Virus record (IMG/VR): IMGVR_UViG_3300035698_013740
Span: 1 to 64,000 of that record
Length of the DNA: 64,000 bases
Origin: a virus
Reading direction: 5' to 3' (one strand)
Below the pieces are notes generated by a model, which saw only the letters and a program-made list of their open reading frames with translations, made no database searches and was not told the DNA's origin. Positions 19,177 through 29,615 of this stretch are shown here, piece by piece; within the stretch, counting starts at the first letter, position 1; each line of letters begins with the position of its first letter. The translations under genes were made by a program, and so were the position numbers.

Positions 19177-20551
19177 TTTATCTACATTCGGGCAATCATT
19201 TCAAACAAAAGTTCTTGCTGCGTTACTCACAGATAGGGGATTCTTAGAAAGAATTCGAGACATCATTCATCCTGAATTCTTTGAAAGTGATGCAAACACA
19301 TGGGTTTCAGAACGCATATTAGATTATTATGATGAATATTCAATACCTCCTACATTGGAAGTATTTAAGATTCTGATAAAAACTACTGTTGATGATGACA
19401 TATTTAAAGCTGTCATTATAGATCAACTTAGGAATATCTATAAGAATTTAGAAGCAAAGGATATCCAATTTGTAAAGGATCAATTTTCTGAATTTTGTAA
19501 AAACCAAAGAATGAAGTCTGCATTACTGAAGTCAGTAGATTATATGCAGGCTAAAAATTGGGATGCTATTGCTGAGGAGATAAAAGACGCCCAGAGAGTG
19601 GGAGAAGAATTTGATATTGGTCATGAGTATTTTGACGATATTAAAGCTAGATTATCTGAAGAAGCTAGATTGACTGTTCACACTCCTTGGGATATTATCA
19701 ATTCTGCACTAGATGGAGGATTAGGACCTGGGGAATTAGGAGTTGTGTTAGCACCAACAGGTGGTGGAAAATCATGGATGTTATCTAAAATTGCACAACA
19801 AGCAATACTGGATGGTAAAAACGTAATTCACTATACACTAGAACTTTCTGAAAAATATATGGGAAGAAGATATGACAGTATTTTCAGCGGAATTCCATCT
19901 CAGAACATCCTATCTAAGAAGAAAAAAATTACTAGAATTCTAAGGAACATTAAAGATCCTGGAAATTTAGTCATTAAATTCTATCCTCAGAAAACGGTTA
20001 CTACTAGAACAATAAAATCTCATATTGAAAAGCTAATAGCTTTAGGTAAGAACCCAAATTTGATTATAATTGATTATGGTGATCTCCTTAAGCAATCTAA
20101 CAAATCATCTGATAGCAAATACGATGAAATGGGTGGGATATATGACGAGCTAAGGGGAATGGCAGGGGAACTGCAACTTCCTATATGGACAGCATCTCAA
20201 ACAAATAGAAGTGCAGTAGATAAGCAGGTCATTCAAGCAGATTCAATGGCAGATAGTTTTGCAAAGGCAATGATCGCAGACTTTATTATGTCAGTATCTA
20301 GAACGAACAATGATAAAGTGAATGATAAAGCAAGAATTCATATTGTTAAAAATAGATTCGGCTCAGACGGAATGACATTCCCTGCCAAAATGGATCTATC
20401 AATTGGATATATAGAAATTTATGACGTTAATTCTAGCGACGGGGTTAAGGTTAGAAATAATATGAAAAATGATGAAGAAACTGATAAGGAAATGATTTTT
20501 AAAAGATATAAATCTATGAAGGGATCTAATAAGGGAATTGATGAAGAATAA
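19160..20551 (+). CDS. DnaB-like replicative helicase (gp41-like)
   Basis: 'APTGGGKS','YTLEL','IIIDYGD','WTASQTNR','KNRFG'. Confidence 0.95.
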   Translation: MSQTDNLSTFGQSFQTKVLAALLTDRGFLERIRDIIHPEFFESDANTWVSERILDYYDEYSIPPTLEVFKILIKTTVDDDIFKAVIIDQLRNIYKNLEAKDIQFVKDQFSEFCKNQRMKSALLKSVDYMQAKNWDAIAEEIKDAQRVGEEFDIGHEYFDDIKARLSEEARLTVHTPWDIINSALDGGLGPGELGVVLAPTGGGKSWMLSKIAQQAILDGKNVIHYTLELSEKYMGRRYDSIFSGIPSQNILSKKKKITRILRNIKDPGNLVIKFYPQKTVTTRTIKSHIEKLIALGKNPNLIIIDYGDLLKQSNKSSDSKYDEMGGIYDELRGMAGELQLPIWTASQTNRSAVDKQVIQADSMADSFAKAMIADFIMSVSRTNNDKVNDKARIHIVKNRFGSDGMTFPAKMDLSIGYIEIYDVNSSDGVKVRNNMKNDEETDKEMIFKRYKSMKGSNKGIDEE

Positions 20552-20640
20552 AGTTGATGTTTATTAAAATAACGCGCAGAAATCTTTAGGTATATATGAT
20601 ACTTAAACTTACCTGAAAAACTTAAAGACCGGAGAAGTGA

Positions 20641-22500
20641 ATGGAGTTAGCTAGTGGAATACTGTCTGATATTACAGTTTATATGAAGTATGCGAAATAT
20701 CAAAGTGAGTTGCAGAGAAGAGAAACTTGGGAAGAATTAGTTACTAGGAATATGGAAATGCATATTAAAAAGTATCCACAATTGACAAGTGAGATATATG
20801 AAGTTTACGATTTTGTATATACCAAAAAAGTTCTTCCATCTATGAGGAGCATGCAATTTGCTGGAAAATCAATAGAAATCAGCCCTAATAGAGTTTTTAA
20901 TTGTGCATATTTGCCGATAGATGATTGGAGAGCGTTTGGAGAAACAATGTTTTTATTATTAGGTGGTACAGGAGTTGGATATTCAGTTCAATACCATCAT
21001 ATAGAAACTCTTCCAGAAATTAGAAAGCCAAATCCAAACAGAACAAAACGATTCTTAATAAGCGATTCAATTGAAGGATGGGCAGATACGATTAAAGTTC
21101 TTATGAAATCGTATTTTGAAGGAACGTCTACAATATTATTTGATTATTCAGATATTAGACCAAAGGGTGCAGCATTGGTAACTAGTGGAGGTAAAGCACC
21201 AGGTCCACAGCCACTTAAGGATTGCGTTCATGATATTACTAAAATTCTAGATACTAAAACAAACGGAGAAAAATTAACGTCGCTAGAAGTTCATGATATT
21301 GTTTGCTTTATTGCGGACTCAGTTTTATCTGGTGGAATTAGAAGAGCTGCACTGATTGCATTATTCTCGTTTGATGATGAAGATATGGCAACTTGCAAAT
21401 ATGGAAATTGGTCCGAATTGAATCCACAGAGGGCAAGATCTAATAACTCTGCAGTAATTTTAAGACATAGAGTTAAGAAGGACGAATTTTTAGAATTTTG
21501 GGATAGGGTGAAGAAAAGTAGATCAGGAGAACCCGGAGTTTATTTTTCTCACGACAAAGACTTTGGAACAAATCCTTGTGCAGAAATAGCTTTGAGAGCA
21601 AATCAATTTTGCAATTTAACTGAAGTGAATGCAGCTACAGTAGAAAATCAAGAAGATTTAAATGCAAGAGTAAAGGCTGCTGCATTTATCGGTACCCTCC
21701 AAGCGGGGTATACCGATTTTCATTATCTTAGGGATGTATGGAAAAAGACAACTGAAAAGGATGCACTAATTGGTGTAGGCATGACTGGTATTGCAAACAG
21801 AAAATTAGAAAACTTAGATTTAGTAGGAGCATCTAAAATTGTGCTTAAGGAGAACGCAAGAGTTGCCAGATTGATCGGTATCAATAAGGCTGCAAGAACA
21901 ACAACTGTGAAACCTTCAGGAACATCTTCATTAGTTTTGGGATGTGCATCTGGGATTCACGCATGGCATTCACGCCATTATATTAGAAATATTCGAGTTG
22001 GTAAGAATGAAGCAATTTACGCATATCTAGCAGAGAATCATCCATCATTAATAGAAGATGATTTTTTCAAACCACATCTCCAGGCTATTATAGGAATTCC
22101 ACAAAAAGCACATAGAGGTGGATTGCTAAGATCTGAATCTACTATAGACTTTTTAACACGAATTTCCAAATGGAACGAAGAATGGGTTAGAGGAGGACAT
22201 AGAAGCGGTGCAAACAGTCATAATGTATCTGCTACAATATCCATTAAGAATGGGGATTGGGCAATGGTAGCAGAATGGATGTGGTCAAATAAAACCAAAT
22301 TTAACGGACTTAGTTGTCTTCCATTTGATGATAATGAACACACGTATGTGCAAGCTCCGTTTCAGGAATGTACAAAAGCAGAATATCAAACTAGATTAAA
22401 AACCCTATCCAATGTGGAACTTACCAACATATTAGAAGTAGAAGACAATACGGATTTAGCTGGTGAGTTGGCGTGTGTCGCTGGCGGATGTGAGGTATAA
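20641..22500 (+). CDS. nrdJ: Class II (B12-dependent) ribonucleotide reductase
   Basis: 'FNCA','GTNPCAEI','FCNLTE','TTVKPSGT', C-terminal 'CVAGGCEV'; no beta-subunit gene adjacent. Confidence 0.92.
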   Translation: MELASGILSDITVYMKYAKYQSELQRRETWEELVTRNMEMHIKKYPQLTSEIYEVYDFVYTKKVLPSMRSMQFAGKSIEISPNRVFNCAYLPIDDWRAFGETMFLLLGGTGVGYSVQYHHIETLPEIRKPNPNRTKRFLISDSIEGWADTIKVLMKSYFEGTSTILFDYSDIRPKGAALVTSGGKAPGPQPLKDCVHDITKILDTKTNGEKLTSLEVHDIVCFIADSVLSGGIRRAALIALFSFDDEDMATCKYGNWSELNPQRARSNNSAVILRHRVKKDEFLEFWDRVKKSRSGEPGVYFSHDKDFGTNPCAEIALRANQFCNLTEVNAATVENQEDLNARVKAAAFIGTLQAGYTDFHYLRDVWKKTTEKDALIGVGMTGIANRKLENLDLVGASKIVLKENARVARLIGINKAARTTTVKPSGTSSLVLGCASGIHAWHSRHYIRNIRVGKNEAIYAYLAENHPSLIEDDFFKPHLQAIIGIPQKAHRGGLLRSESTIDFLTRISKWNEEWVRGGHRSGANSHNVSATISIKNGDWAMVAEWMWSNKTKFNGLSCLPFDDNEHTYVQAPFQECTKAEYQTRLKTLSNVELTNILEVEDNTDLAGELACVAGGCEV

Positions 22501-22502
22501 GA

Positions 22503-22814
22503 ATGGGTTGGGCAGATGATTATATTGAAACGTTAAAAGCGGGAATATCTGTATCGTTTAGACCCGTTGGAAACTCTATGACACCGATAATAGAATCGGG
22601 TCAATTATGTAGAGTTAAACCATACGACTTTGTAAATTTCACGCATCCAATTAAGAAGGGTGATATTGTGTTATGCATGGTTGGAAAAAAGCAATATCTT
22701 CACATCATCAGAGGAATTCATAAGGATAGATACCAAATTGGAAACAACCACGGTAAAATGAATGGTTGGATACTGAAATCAAATATCTTTGGAAAATTAG
22801 TTAGTGTAAAATAA
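22503..22814 (+). CDS. S24/S26 peptidase-like protein
   Basis: 'GNSMTP', 'GDIV', 'YLHII', 'IFGK'. Confidence 0.65.
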   Translation: MGWADDYIETLKAGISVSFRPVGNSMTPIIESGQLCRVKPYDFVNFTHPIKKGDIVLCMVGKKQYLHIIRGIHKDRYQIGNNHGKMNGWILKSNIFGKLVSVK

Positions 22815-22822
22815 AATAGTAT

Positions 22823-25345
22823 ATGTATCAAAATTGTTATGTAGATTCGTACAATAGACAAGCGTATGTATGGGACGATATATTAGGACTTCAAACATTT
22901 CCGTATAAAAGATATTGTTATGTTAAGGACGAAGATGGAGAATTCACAACTATGTTTGGGGATTCTTGTAGAAAGACCTTTAATTGGAAGGATGAAAATC
23001 CAGACGATCTATTTGAAAGCGATGTAAATCCAACAACTAGAACATTAGTAGATTTATATACTGATGACGATACTCCTTCAATAAATCATACAATATTAAC
23101 ATATGATATTGAAGTTGAAACTACCGTTGGATTTCCTCATGCGAATAAGGCAGAAAATACTGTAACATCAATTGCGGCACACGACAATGTATCTCAAACA
23201 TATGTCGTATTCATTTTAGATCCAGAAGGTAGAGTAAAGCGCACAGTAACTCCTACTAGAATTGTTGAGCCATTTGAGGATGAAGAAAGTTTACTTATGG
23301 CGTTTGTTAATTATTGGGTAGATATTTCTCCAACAATTGTAACAGGATGGAATACATCAGGATTTGATAATCCATATGTCATAAATAGGGTTGGAAAAAT
23401 CTTAGGAGAAGATCATGTAAAGAGATTATCTCCAATTGGAATTGTGAAGTTCTCAGAATATGGTAATGTGTGGAGAATTGCAGGAGTGAGTCTATTAGAT
23501 TATATGCAACTCTATAAAAAATTCACGTATACAAAATCTGCATCATATTCACTAGAAGCCATTTCTCAACAAGAATTGAAACGCGGAAAAATAAAATATT
23601 CTGGAAATCTCAATGAATTACTAAAGGATGACATTAATAAATTTATTGAATACAATATAACAGATGTTGAATTAGTTTTATCGCTAGACGCAAAATTACA
23701 ATTAATAGATTTGGCTAGAGGTATCGCGCATGCAGGTAGAGTATGTTACGAAGATTTCATTCATTCGTCTAAGTACCTAGAAGGCGCCCTTCTTACATAT
23801 TTAAAACAGAATAACGTTGTTTCTATAAATAAGCCAAAACGAGATTTTCAAATAGATGAAAGCAATTCATCTAAGGCAAGTTTTACTGGAGCATATGTAA
23901 AAATTCCCCAAGGTGGATTATATGACTGGGTATATGATTTAGATTTAACATCTCTATATCCATCAATCATAATGTCTTTGAATATATCACCAGAAACCAA
24001 AGTTGGAAAGGTTGAAAATTGGAATGCTGATGATTTTAGAAATGAAACTAGAAAGAAATGGGTATTAGATGGTGATATAGTATCGCATAAGCAACTCAAG
24101 AAGTTTTTTAAAGAAGGTGGAGTATCTATTTCGTCTAACGGAATAATTTATAGGACAGATATTCAAGGTTGTATTCCAAACGTACTTAGTAAATGGTTTG
24201 ATAAGAGAGTCAAATTCAAAAAGTTAATGCAAAAATATGGAAATGAAGGAGATGATAAAAAATACAAATTCTATAAGCAACGTCAATTGGTTCAGAAGAT
24301 TCTTCTTAATTCGCTATATGGGGTATTAGGTCTTTCAGTATTTAGATTTTATGATTTAGATAACGCATTAGCAGTTACAAGTGTTGGTCAGAATGTGATT
24401 AAAAATACGGCTAAAGCAATTAATCACAAATACAATAAAGAATTAGAAAGCGGAAATAAAGATTACAACATATACATTGATACAGATTCAGTTTATTTTA
24501 GTGCTAAGCCGCTGTTGGATGCTAGATTTGAAGATTTAGAAGATTGGGATGATGATAAAGTTGCAAAGGCAACATATGATATAGCAGAAGAAGTTCAAAA
24601 TTTTACCAATTCATTCTATGATGTATTGGCATATAGAATGTTTAATCTTAAAATACATAGACTTGAAATTAAAAAAGAATCTGTAGCTAGACGAGCATTA
24701 TGGGTTGCAGCTAAAAAGGCATATGCCCAGTGGATTATTATTGATGACGGAGTTCCTGTAAATGAATTAAAGGTTACAGGATTGGCAACAGTTAGATCAT
24801 CATTTCCACCTGCATTTAAAAAGGTAATGACAGATGTTCTTAATGGAATTGTTTTGGAAAATTTAGAACAAGAAAAAGTAGATTCAATTATCTTAGATTT
24901 CAAGAAGGTTATGAAAACGCTGACTCCGCTTGATATGGCAAGAGTATCTTCAGTTAACACACTAAAAAAATATAAATTGCCAACATCAAACAGTGGCAAA
25001 GTTGGAGTATTTAAGAAAGGAACTCCAATTCAAGTTAAGGCTGCAATGGCATACAATGATCTTCTTAAATATTTTGAATGTTCATACGATTTCCCTCCAA
25101 TAGTAAACAATAGTAAAGTTAAATGGGTATATCTAAAGGATAACCCACTGAAGCTAGATCAATTGGCATTTAAAGGGGAAGATGATCCTGTTGAAATCAT
25201 GGAATATGTAACAGAATACATGAACGTAAATAAAATATATGATACGGAGCTTGATAACAAATTAGGAAGAATATATGAAGCTCTGCGATGGACTAAGCCT
25301 ACTACAAATTCGGCATTAGTAAATAAATTCTTCACATTATCGTAA
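22823..25345 (+). CDS. Family B DNA polymerase (gp43-like)
   Basis: Exo 'YDIEV','GWN..GFD'; pol 'DLTSLYPSII','KILLNSLYG','YIDTDS'. Confidence 0.97.
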   Translation: MYQNCYVDSYNRQAYVWDDILGLQTFPYKRYCYVKDEDGEFTTMFGDSCRKTFNWKDENPDDLFESDVNPTTRTLVDLYTDDDTPSINHTILTYDIEVETTVGFPHANKAENTVTSIAAHDNVSQTYVVFILDPEGRVKRTVTPTRIVEPFEDEESLLMAFVNYWVDISPTIVTGWNTSGFDNPYVINRVGKILGEDHVKRLSPIGIVKFSEYGNVWRIAGVSLLDYMQLYKKFTYTKSASYSLEAISQQELKRGKIKYSGNLNELLKDDINKFIEYNITDVELVLSLDAKLQLIDLARGIAHAGRVCYEDFIHSSKYLEGALLTYLKQNNVVSINKPKRDFQIDESNSSKASFTGAYVKIPQGGLYDWVYDLDLTSLYPSIIMSLNISPETKVGKVENWNADDFRNETRKKWVLDGDIVSHKQLKKFFKEGGVSISSNGIIYRTDIQGCIPNVLSKWFDKRVKFKKLMQKYGNEGDDKKYKFYKQRQLVQKILLNSLYGVLGLSVFRFYDLDNALAVTSVGQNVIKNTAKAINHKYNKELESGNKDYNIYIDTDSVYFSAKPLLDARFEDLEDWDDDKVAKATYDIAEEVQNFTNSFYDVLAYRMFNLKIHRLEIKKESVARRALWVAAKKAYAQWIIIDDGVPVNELKVTGLATVRSSFPPAFKKVMTDVLNGIVLENLEQEKVDSIILDFKKVMKTLTPLDMARVSSVNTLKKYKLPTSNSGKVGVFKKGTPIQVKAAMAYNDLLKYFECSYDFPPIVNNSKVKWVYLKDNPLKLDQLAFKGEDDPVEIMEYVTEYMNVNKIYDTELDNKLGRIYEALRWTKPTTNSALVNKFFTLS

Positions 25346-25367
25346 ACAACAAAAGGTTATAAAAAAA

Positions 25368-26099
25368 ATGGTTAAAGCCAGCTTAAAAAACTTCATCCAA
25401 AAATATCATTTGGGTGGAGCAGCAGATTCAGTAAAATGGAAAATAAAAAACAATGTACTGAGTACTAGATTTATTGCAGAAGATAAATCAGTATTAGGCT
25501 TTGTTTCTATGGAAAACGTAGATCTTCCAAACTCTGAATTTGGAATTTATGGAACTGCAAATTTAAGTAGAGTTATTAATATGTTAGGAAGCATGATTGA
25601 TATATCTATTAAAAATGCAGGACAAGATGATCCTATTGCGTTAGAATTTAAGGACGATGGATTCAATGTTAGTTTTGCATTGTCAGAACTTAGCGTTATT
25701 CCAAAGGCTCCAGATGCAGATGATGTTCCTTCAGATTGGGTAGCATACTTTAAATTGAATGATGACTTTGCTGAAAAGTTTGTAAAGGCAGTAAACGCTA
25801 TTGGATCAAAGAATTTTGCAATAACATATGACAAAGCTCATGGGATTGCACGTGTGGTTGTTGGATATTCCACAGTTAATACTACTCATGTCAGCATTGA
25901 TGTTGAATCAGAGTACACTGGAAACCCGCTTCCAACCAAATTGTTCTCAGCTAAACATTTAAAGGAAATTTTGAATGCAAATAAGGAAGCAGATGAAATG
26001 ACACTAAGTGTTAGCAGTGAAGGAGTTGCAAATATTTCTTTTGACATTTTAGATTACAAGTCAGATTATTATTTAATAGAAGTAGATGAAGATGAGTAA
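25368..26099 (+). CDS. Sliding clamp (gp45-like)
   Basis: Size, 'EFGIY', position between polymerase and clamp loader. Confidence 0.75.
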   Translation: MVKASLKNFIQKYHLGGAADSVKWKIKNNVLSTRFIAEDKSVLGFVSMENVDLPNSEFGIYGTANLSRVINMLGSMIDISIKNAGQDDPIALEFKDDGFNVSFALSELSVIPKAPDADDVPSDWVAYFKLNDDFAEKFVKAVNAIGSKNFAITYDKAHGIARVVVGYSTVNTTHVSIDVESEYTGNPLPTKLFSAKHLKEILNANKEADEMTLSVSSEGVANISFDILDYKSDYYLIEVDEDE

Positions 26100-27063
26100 A
26101 AATCTAGATAAGTTTTTTGGAAATATAACAGATGATAAGCAATTAAACCATTCTCTATTTCCTGAAAAATATAGACCTACTAGGTTAGACGAATTTATTG
26201 GCAATGATGCAATAAAGTCAGCAGTAGCTAAACATATAGAAACTGGAAATATTCCACATCTAATGTTTTATGGATCTGCAGGAACTGGCAAATCTACATT
26301 GGCTAGAATACTAGCAAAATCGTTAGATTGTGATTACCTTATAATCAATGCGTCTGACGAAACTGGAGTAGACGTTGTTAGAACTAAGGTTAAAGGATTT
26401 GCAACAACTAGAAGCTTCAGAGATGGTAAAATAATCATATTAGATGAATTTGACTACATGTCTATAAGTGCTCAGGCAATGCTTAGGCATCTTATGGAAA
26501 AGTTTTCAAATAATTGTAGATTTATTCTTACCTGCAATTTTATAGAACGAGTTATCGAGCCAATCAAAAGCAGATGTCAGATATTTAATGTTGTTCCTCC
26601 AAACAAAAAGAGTGTAGCTAAACACATATCTAAAATTCTTAAGAAGGAAGGTATCGAATACGAAACATCAGATTTGGTAACAATCGTCAATCGCCATTAT
26701 CCAGATATGAGGCAAATAATCAATGAGTGCCAGAGGCAAATTGACGACGATACTCTTGTATTAGATAAGAAATCTCAATTAGATGGGGATTTTAGATTGA
26801 AAATACTTGGTCTATTGGGAGAAAGTAGAAGCGCAAAATCTATCTTCAATGATATACGTCAATTGATAGCAAACAATCATGTTTCTAAATTTGATGATGT
26901 ATATAGATTGTTATTTGATAAGCTGCATGAATTTGCAAAAGGAAAAGAAACTGCATGTATTTTAATAATAGCAGATTATTTATATAAGGATGCGTTAGTC
27001 ATAGATTCAGAAATAAACTTTATGGCATGCATTATAGAATTATTATCAGAACTTAAAAAATAG
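26086..27063 (+). CDS. Clamp loader AAA+ subunit (gp44/RFC-like)
   Basis: 'EKYRP','GSAGTGKS','INASDE','ILDEFD','SRC'. Confidence 0.95.
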   Translation: MKMSKNLDKFFGNITDDKQLNHSLFPEKYRPTRLDEFIGNDAIKSAVAKHIETGNIPHLMFYGSAGTGKSTLARILAKSLDCDYLIINASDETGVDVVRTKVKGFATTRSFRDGKIIILDEFDYMSISAQAMLRHLMEKFSNNCRFILTCNFIERVIEPIKSRCQIFNVVPPNKKSVAKHISKILKKEGIEYETSDLVTIVNRHYPDMRQIINECQRQIDDDTLVLDKKSQLDGDFRLKILGLLGESRSAKSIFNDIRQLIANNHVSKFDDVYRLLFDKLHEFAKGKETACILIIADYLYKDALVIDSEINFMACIIELLSELKK

Positions 27064-27073
27064 GGTTACACTT

Positions 27074-27409
27074 ATGTCAAAAACGACAGACTTTACTAAT
27101 TTGCCACCAAAGCAAATAACACTTGCAGACACAACAGCAGTTCTATGTCCACACTGCGAAGGTGATCAGTTTATGGAAACTGTTATGCTTAGGAAGGTTA
27201 GCAGAATTTTAACAGGAGATGCTTCAGATAGCTATCAGCATGTTGAGGTTTTAAATTGCGTCAAATGTGGAAAAATGTTATTAGAAACATTACATCCACA
27301 AATTCAAGCACTATTGCTTAAAGAAATAAAGGACGCAGAAGACGGAATAGAAAAATCTGCAATAGACAACGGATCTACAACTACTACTCCAATCATAACA
27401 TCAATATGA
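27074..27409 (+). CDS. Zinc-ribbon protein
   Basis: CPHC...CVKC. Confidence 0.6.
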   Translation: MSKTTDFTNLPPKQITLADTTAVLCPHCEGDQFMETVMLRKVSRILTGDASDSYQHVEVLNCVKCGKMLLETLHPQIQALLLKEIKDAEDGIEKSAIDNGSTTTTPIITSI

Positions 27410-27984
27410 CCATACAAACATTTTTAAATGGATACACAAATCACAGTGGTGGTTGCCCAGGTTCTGATATGACTTGGGAAGTTGAAGGTTTTTTAAGAGG
27501 TGCAAGCACAGTGGCATATTCGTTTAAGGGTCATACTCATGATTCTAGATACCCATATGTTATGTCAAACACAGAATTAGAAGAGGGATTTGAACATGTC
27601 AAGATTGCAGATGAAACTCTAAACAGGGGTTTAGCAAGATTGGACGATGCTCCATATATTAAAAAACTTATATGTAGAAATTGGTTTCAGATTAAACACG
27701 CAGAATCCATATTTGCAATAGGAACATTTGTCAATTCAACAAATCAATTGGTAAACGGTGGAACTGGTTGGGCAGTTCAAATGGGAGTTGATGAGGGAAA
27801 GAATGTATATTTTTTCGATCAAAAAAACAATAAATGGTATTTGCGAACTAACGAAGATGACAAATTTAAATACATAGATTACATTCCAGAGTTAACTACG
27901 GAATTTGCAGGAATTGGTACTAGAGCAATTAATGATAATGGAACTAACGCAATAACTGAATTGTTAGACAACATCGATAAATAA
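27406..27984 (+). CDS. SLOG-superfamily-like nucleotide-binding protein
   Basis: 'HSGGCPGSD','RN','GGTGWAVQ','FAGIGTR'. Confidence 0.5.
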   Translation: MTIQTFLNGYTNHSGGCPGSDMTWEVEGFLRGASTVAYSFKGHTHDSRYPYVMSNTELEEGFEHVKIADETLNRGLARLDDAPYIKKLICRNWFQIKHAESIFAIGTFVNSTNQLVNGGTGWAVQMGVDEGKNVYFFDQKNNKWYLRTNEDDKFKYIDYIPELTTEFAGIGTRAINDNGTNAITELLDNIDK

Positions 27985-27985
27985 T

Positions 27986-28450
27986 ATGGCAAAGAAAATA
28001 GATAAACCGAAAACATTATTTGATCATATACGCCAAATAACTGCAACTCAAAACCCAGATTATTGGTCAACATTGACAGATACAGATAAAAAATCATGGT
28101 CTACATACATGATTATGCGGTTTCTATCTATGCAGCCTGAGTGGATTACAACTGTTAATGAATTACAACCCTTTGTAGAAAGATTAGATCCACCAATTGT
28201 GTATGAATTGCTCATTGGCATTATTCCTAAGAGTAGAGTGTTTTTAAAATATGTAAAACCTGACTTTAAAACTCCAAAATACGAACCGTGGCTAGTAGAT
28301 CTAGTTAAGAAAGAGTTTGAATGTAAAACTGAACGTGCAATATCATACATAAACATTTTACGATCTTTAGAAAACGGAGTAGATACCCTATATTCTATTT
28401 GTACTAAGTACGGTACAGATCCAAAAATTGTAGAGAAATTAAAATTATGA
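27986..28450 (+). CDS. Clamp loader small subunit (gp62-like)
   Basis: 'LFDHI..I','YMIMRFLSM','VNELQ','FLKYVK'. Confidence 0.7.
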   Translation: MAKKIDKPKTLFDHIRQITATQNPDYWSTLTDTDKKSWSTYMIMRFLSMQPEWITTVNELQPFVERLDPPIVYELLIGIIPKSRVFLKYVKPDFKTPKYEPWLVDLVKKEFECKTERAISYINILRSLENGVDTLYSICTKYGTDPKIVEKLKL

Positions 28451-29355
28451 CAACAGAATCAGAACCAAGAAGATTAAGCTATAGTCAGTTTTCTACGTGG
28501 TCACAGTGTCCTAGACAGTACAAATACAAATATGTTGACCGAATAGGAGGTAGAATGGGTAGCATTCATACTCTGTTTGGAACTGCTATGCATGAAACTC
28601 TTCAGCATTATTTGTTGACTATGTATACTGAAACAAAGGCTAAGGCAAATGAGATAGACCTTAATAGGCTTTTGATGGATAGCATGAAGGCTGAATTCTT
28701 AAAAGAAAAAACCAAATTATTAGAATCTGGTGAAACTGACCTTACTAAAATATGTGGACCTAGAGATCTAAATGAATTCTATAGAGACGGGTTAGAGATT
28801 ATTAGATGGTTTAAAAAGTCAAAGAATTTAGCAAGATTTTATCAAAAACGTGGATGGAAACTTCTAGGTATTGAATTATCACTAAATCTTAAAATACGAG
28901 ACGGCATTATAGTAGTTGGGTTTATTGACGTAATCATTCAGAATGTTAGATCTGGTAAGATTACAATCATAGACATTAAAACATCTACAAATGGATGGAG
29001 TAAGTGGCAAAAGGGATCTGATCTCAAAAAGCAGCAAATATTACTTTACAAAAAATGGTATTCTCAGCAGTATGATGTACCAATTGATAGTATTAGTGTT
29101 GAGTTTCAAATAGTAAGACGAAAACTACCAAAGGATTCTGAATTTCCAATTCCTAGAATGTCAAGATTTGCACCTGCACATGGAAGGGTTAGCATGAACA
29201 AGGCTATTAAGGCTTTTGACGCTTTCGTAGATATGGTTTTCAAAGAAGATGGATCATTTATTTCAATATTAGATGACGATTATCCTACAAAGCCTAGTAA
29301 ATTGTGTGATTGGTGTGATTTTAACGGCTCACCCTGTGATATAAACTCAAAGTGA
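28447..29355 (+). CDS. PD-(D/E)XK RecB/Cas4-like exonuclease
   Basis: 'SYSQF...QCP','FGTAMH','GFID','IIDIKT','CDWCDF....C'. Confidence 0.88.
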   Translation: MTTESEPRRLSYSQFSTWSQCPRQYKYKYVDRIGGRMGSIHTLFGTAMHETLQHYLLTMYTETKAKANEIDLNRLLMDSMKAEFLKEKTKLLESGETDLTKICGPRDLNEFYRDGLEIIRWFKKSKNLARFYQKRGWKLLGIELSLNLKIRDGIIVVGFIDVIIQNVRSGKITIIDIKTSTNGWSKWQKGSDLKKQQILLYKKWYSQQYDVPIDSISVEFQIVRRKLPKDSEFPIPRMSRFAPAHGRVSMNKAIKAFDAFVDMVFKEDGSFISILDDDYPTKPSKLCDWCDFNGSPCDINSK

Positions 29356-29392
29356 TATATACTTATTTATAGGAACCAAAATAAGAGTTTTT

Positions 29393-29599
29393 ATGGATAA
29401 GAAAAAAGTAGACATACAATTAACTAGTGTTAAATTATTATCGAATATATACCAATCATTCAAGATATTGGGCATTCAACACGACACATCTCTTCAGAGA
29501 GTTGTAAACAGATCGATATTCTTATATCTAACAGACAGAGAGTTTAGGGATAGAGTTGATGAAGTAACTGAATTAGAAATTAGTGGATCAAACTTTTAA
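29393..29599 (+). CDS. Small ribbon-helix-helix-like DNA-binding protein
   Basis: 'LTSVK...Y..FK......SLQRVVNRSIFLY'. Confidence 0.5.
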   Translation: MDKKKVDIQLTSVKLLSNIYQSFKILGIQHDTSLQRVVNRSIFLYLTDREFRDRVDEVTELEISGSNF

Positions 29600-29615
29600 G
29601 AATTGAGCAGGTTAT

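Noticed and set aside
19160-25345. Inteins or self-splicing introns in helicase, RNR or PolB
   Set aside because: ORFs are continuous, of normal size, with no intein or intron signatures seen
28447-29355. Cas4-like nuclease as evidence for a CRISPR system
   Set aside because: No repeat-spacer array or other cas genes in the window; solo Cas4/RecB-like nucleases are common in phage replication modules
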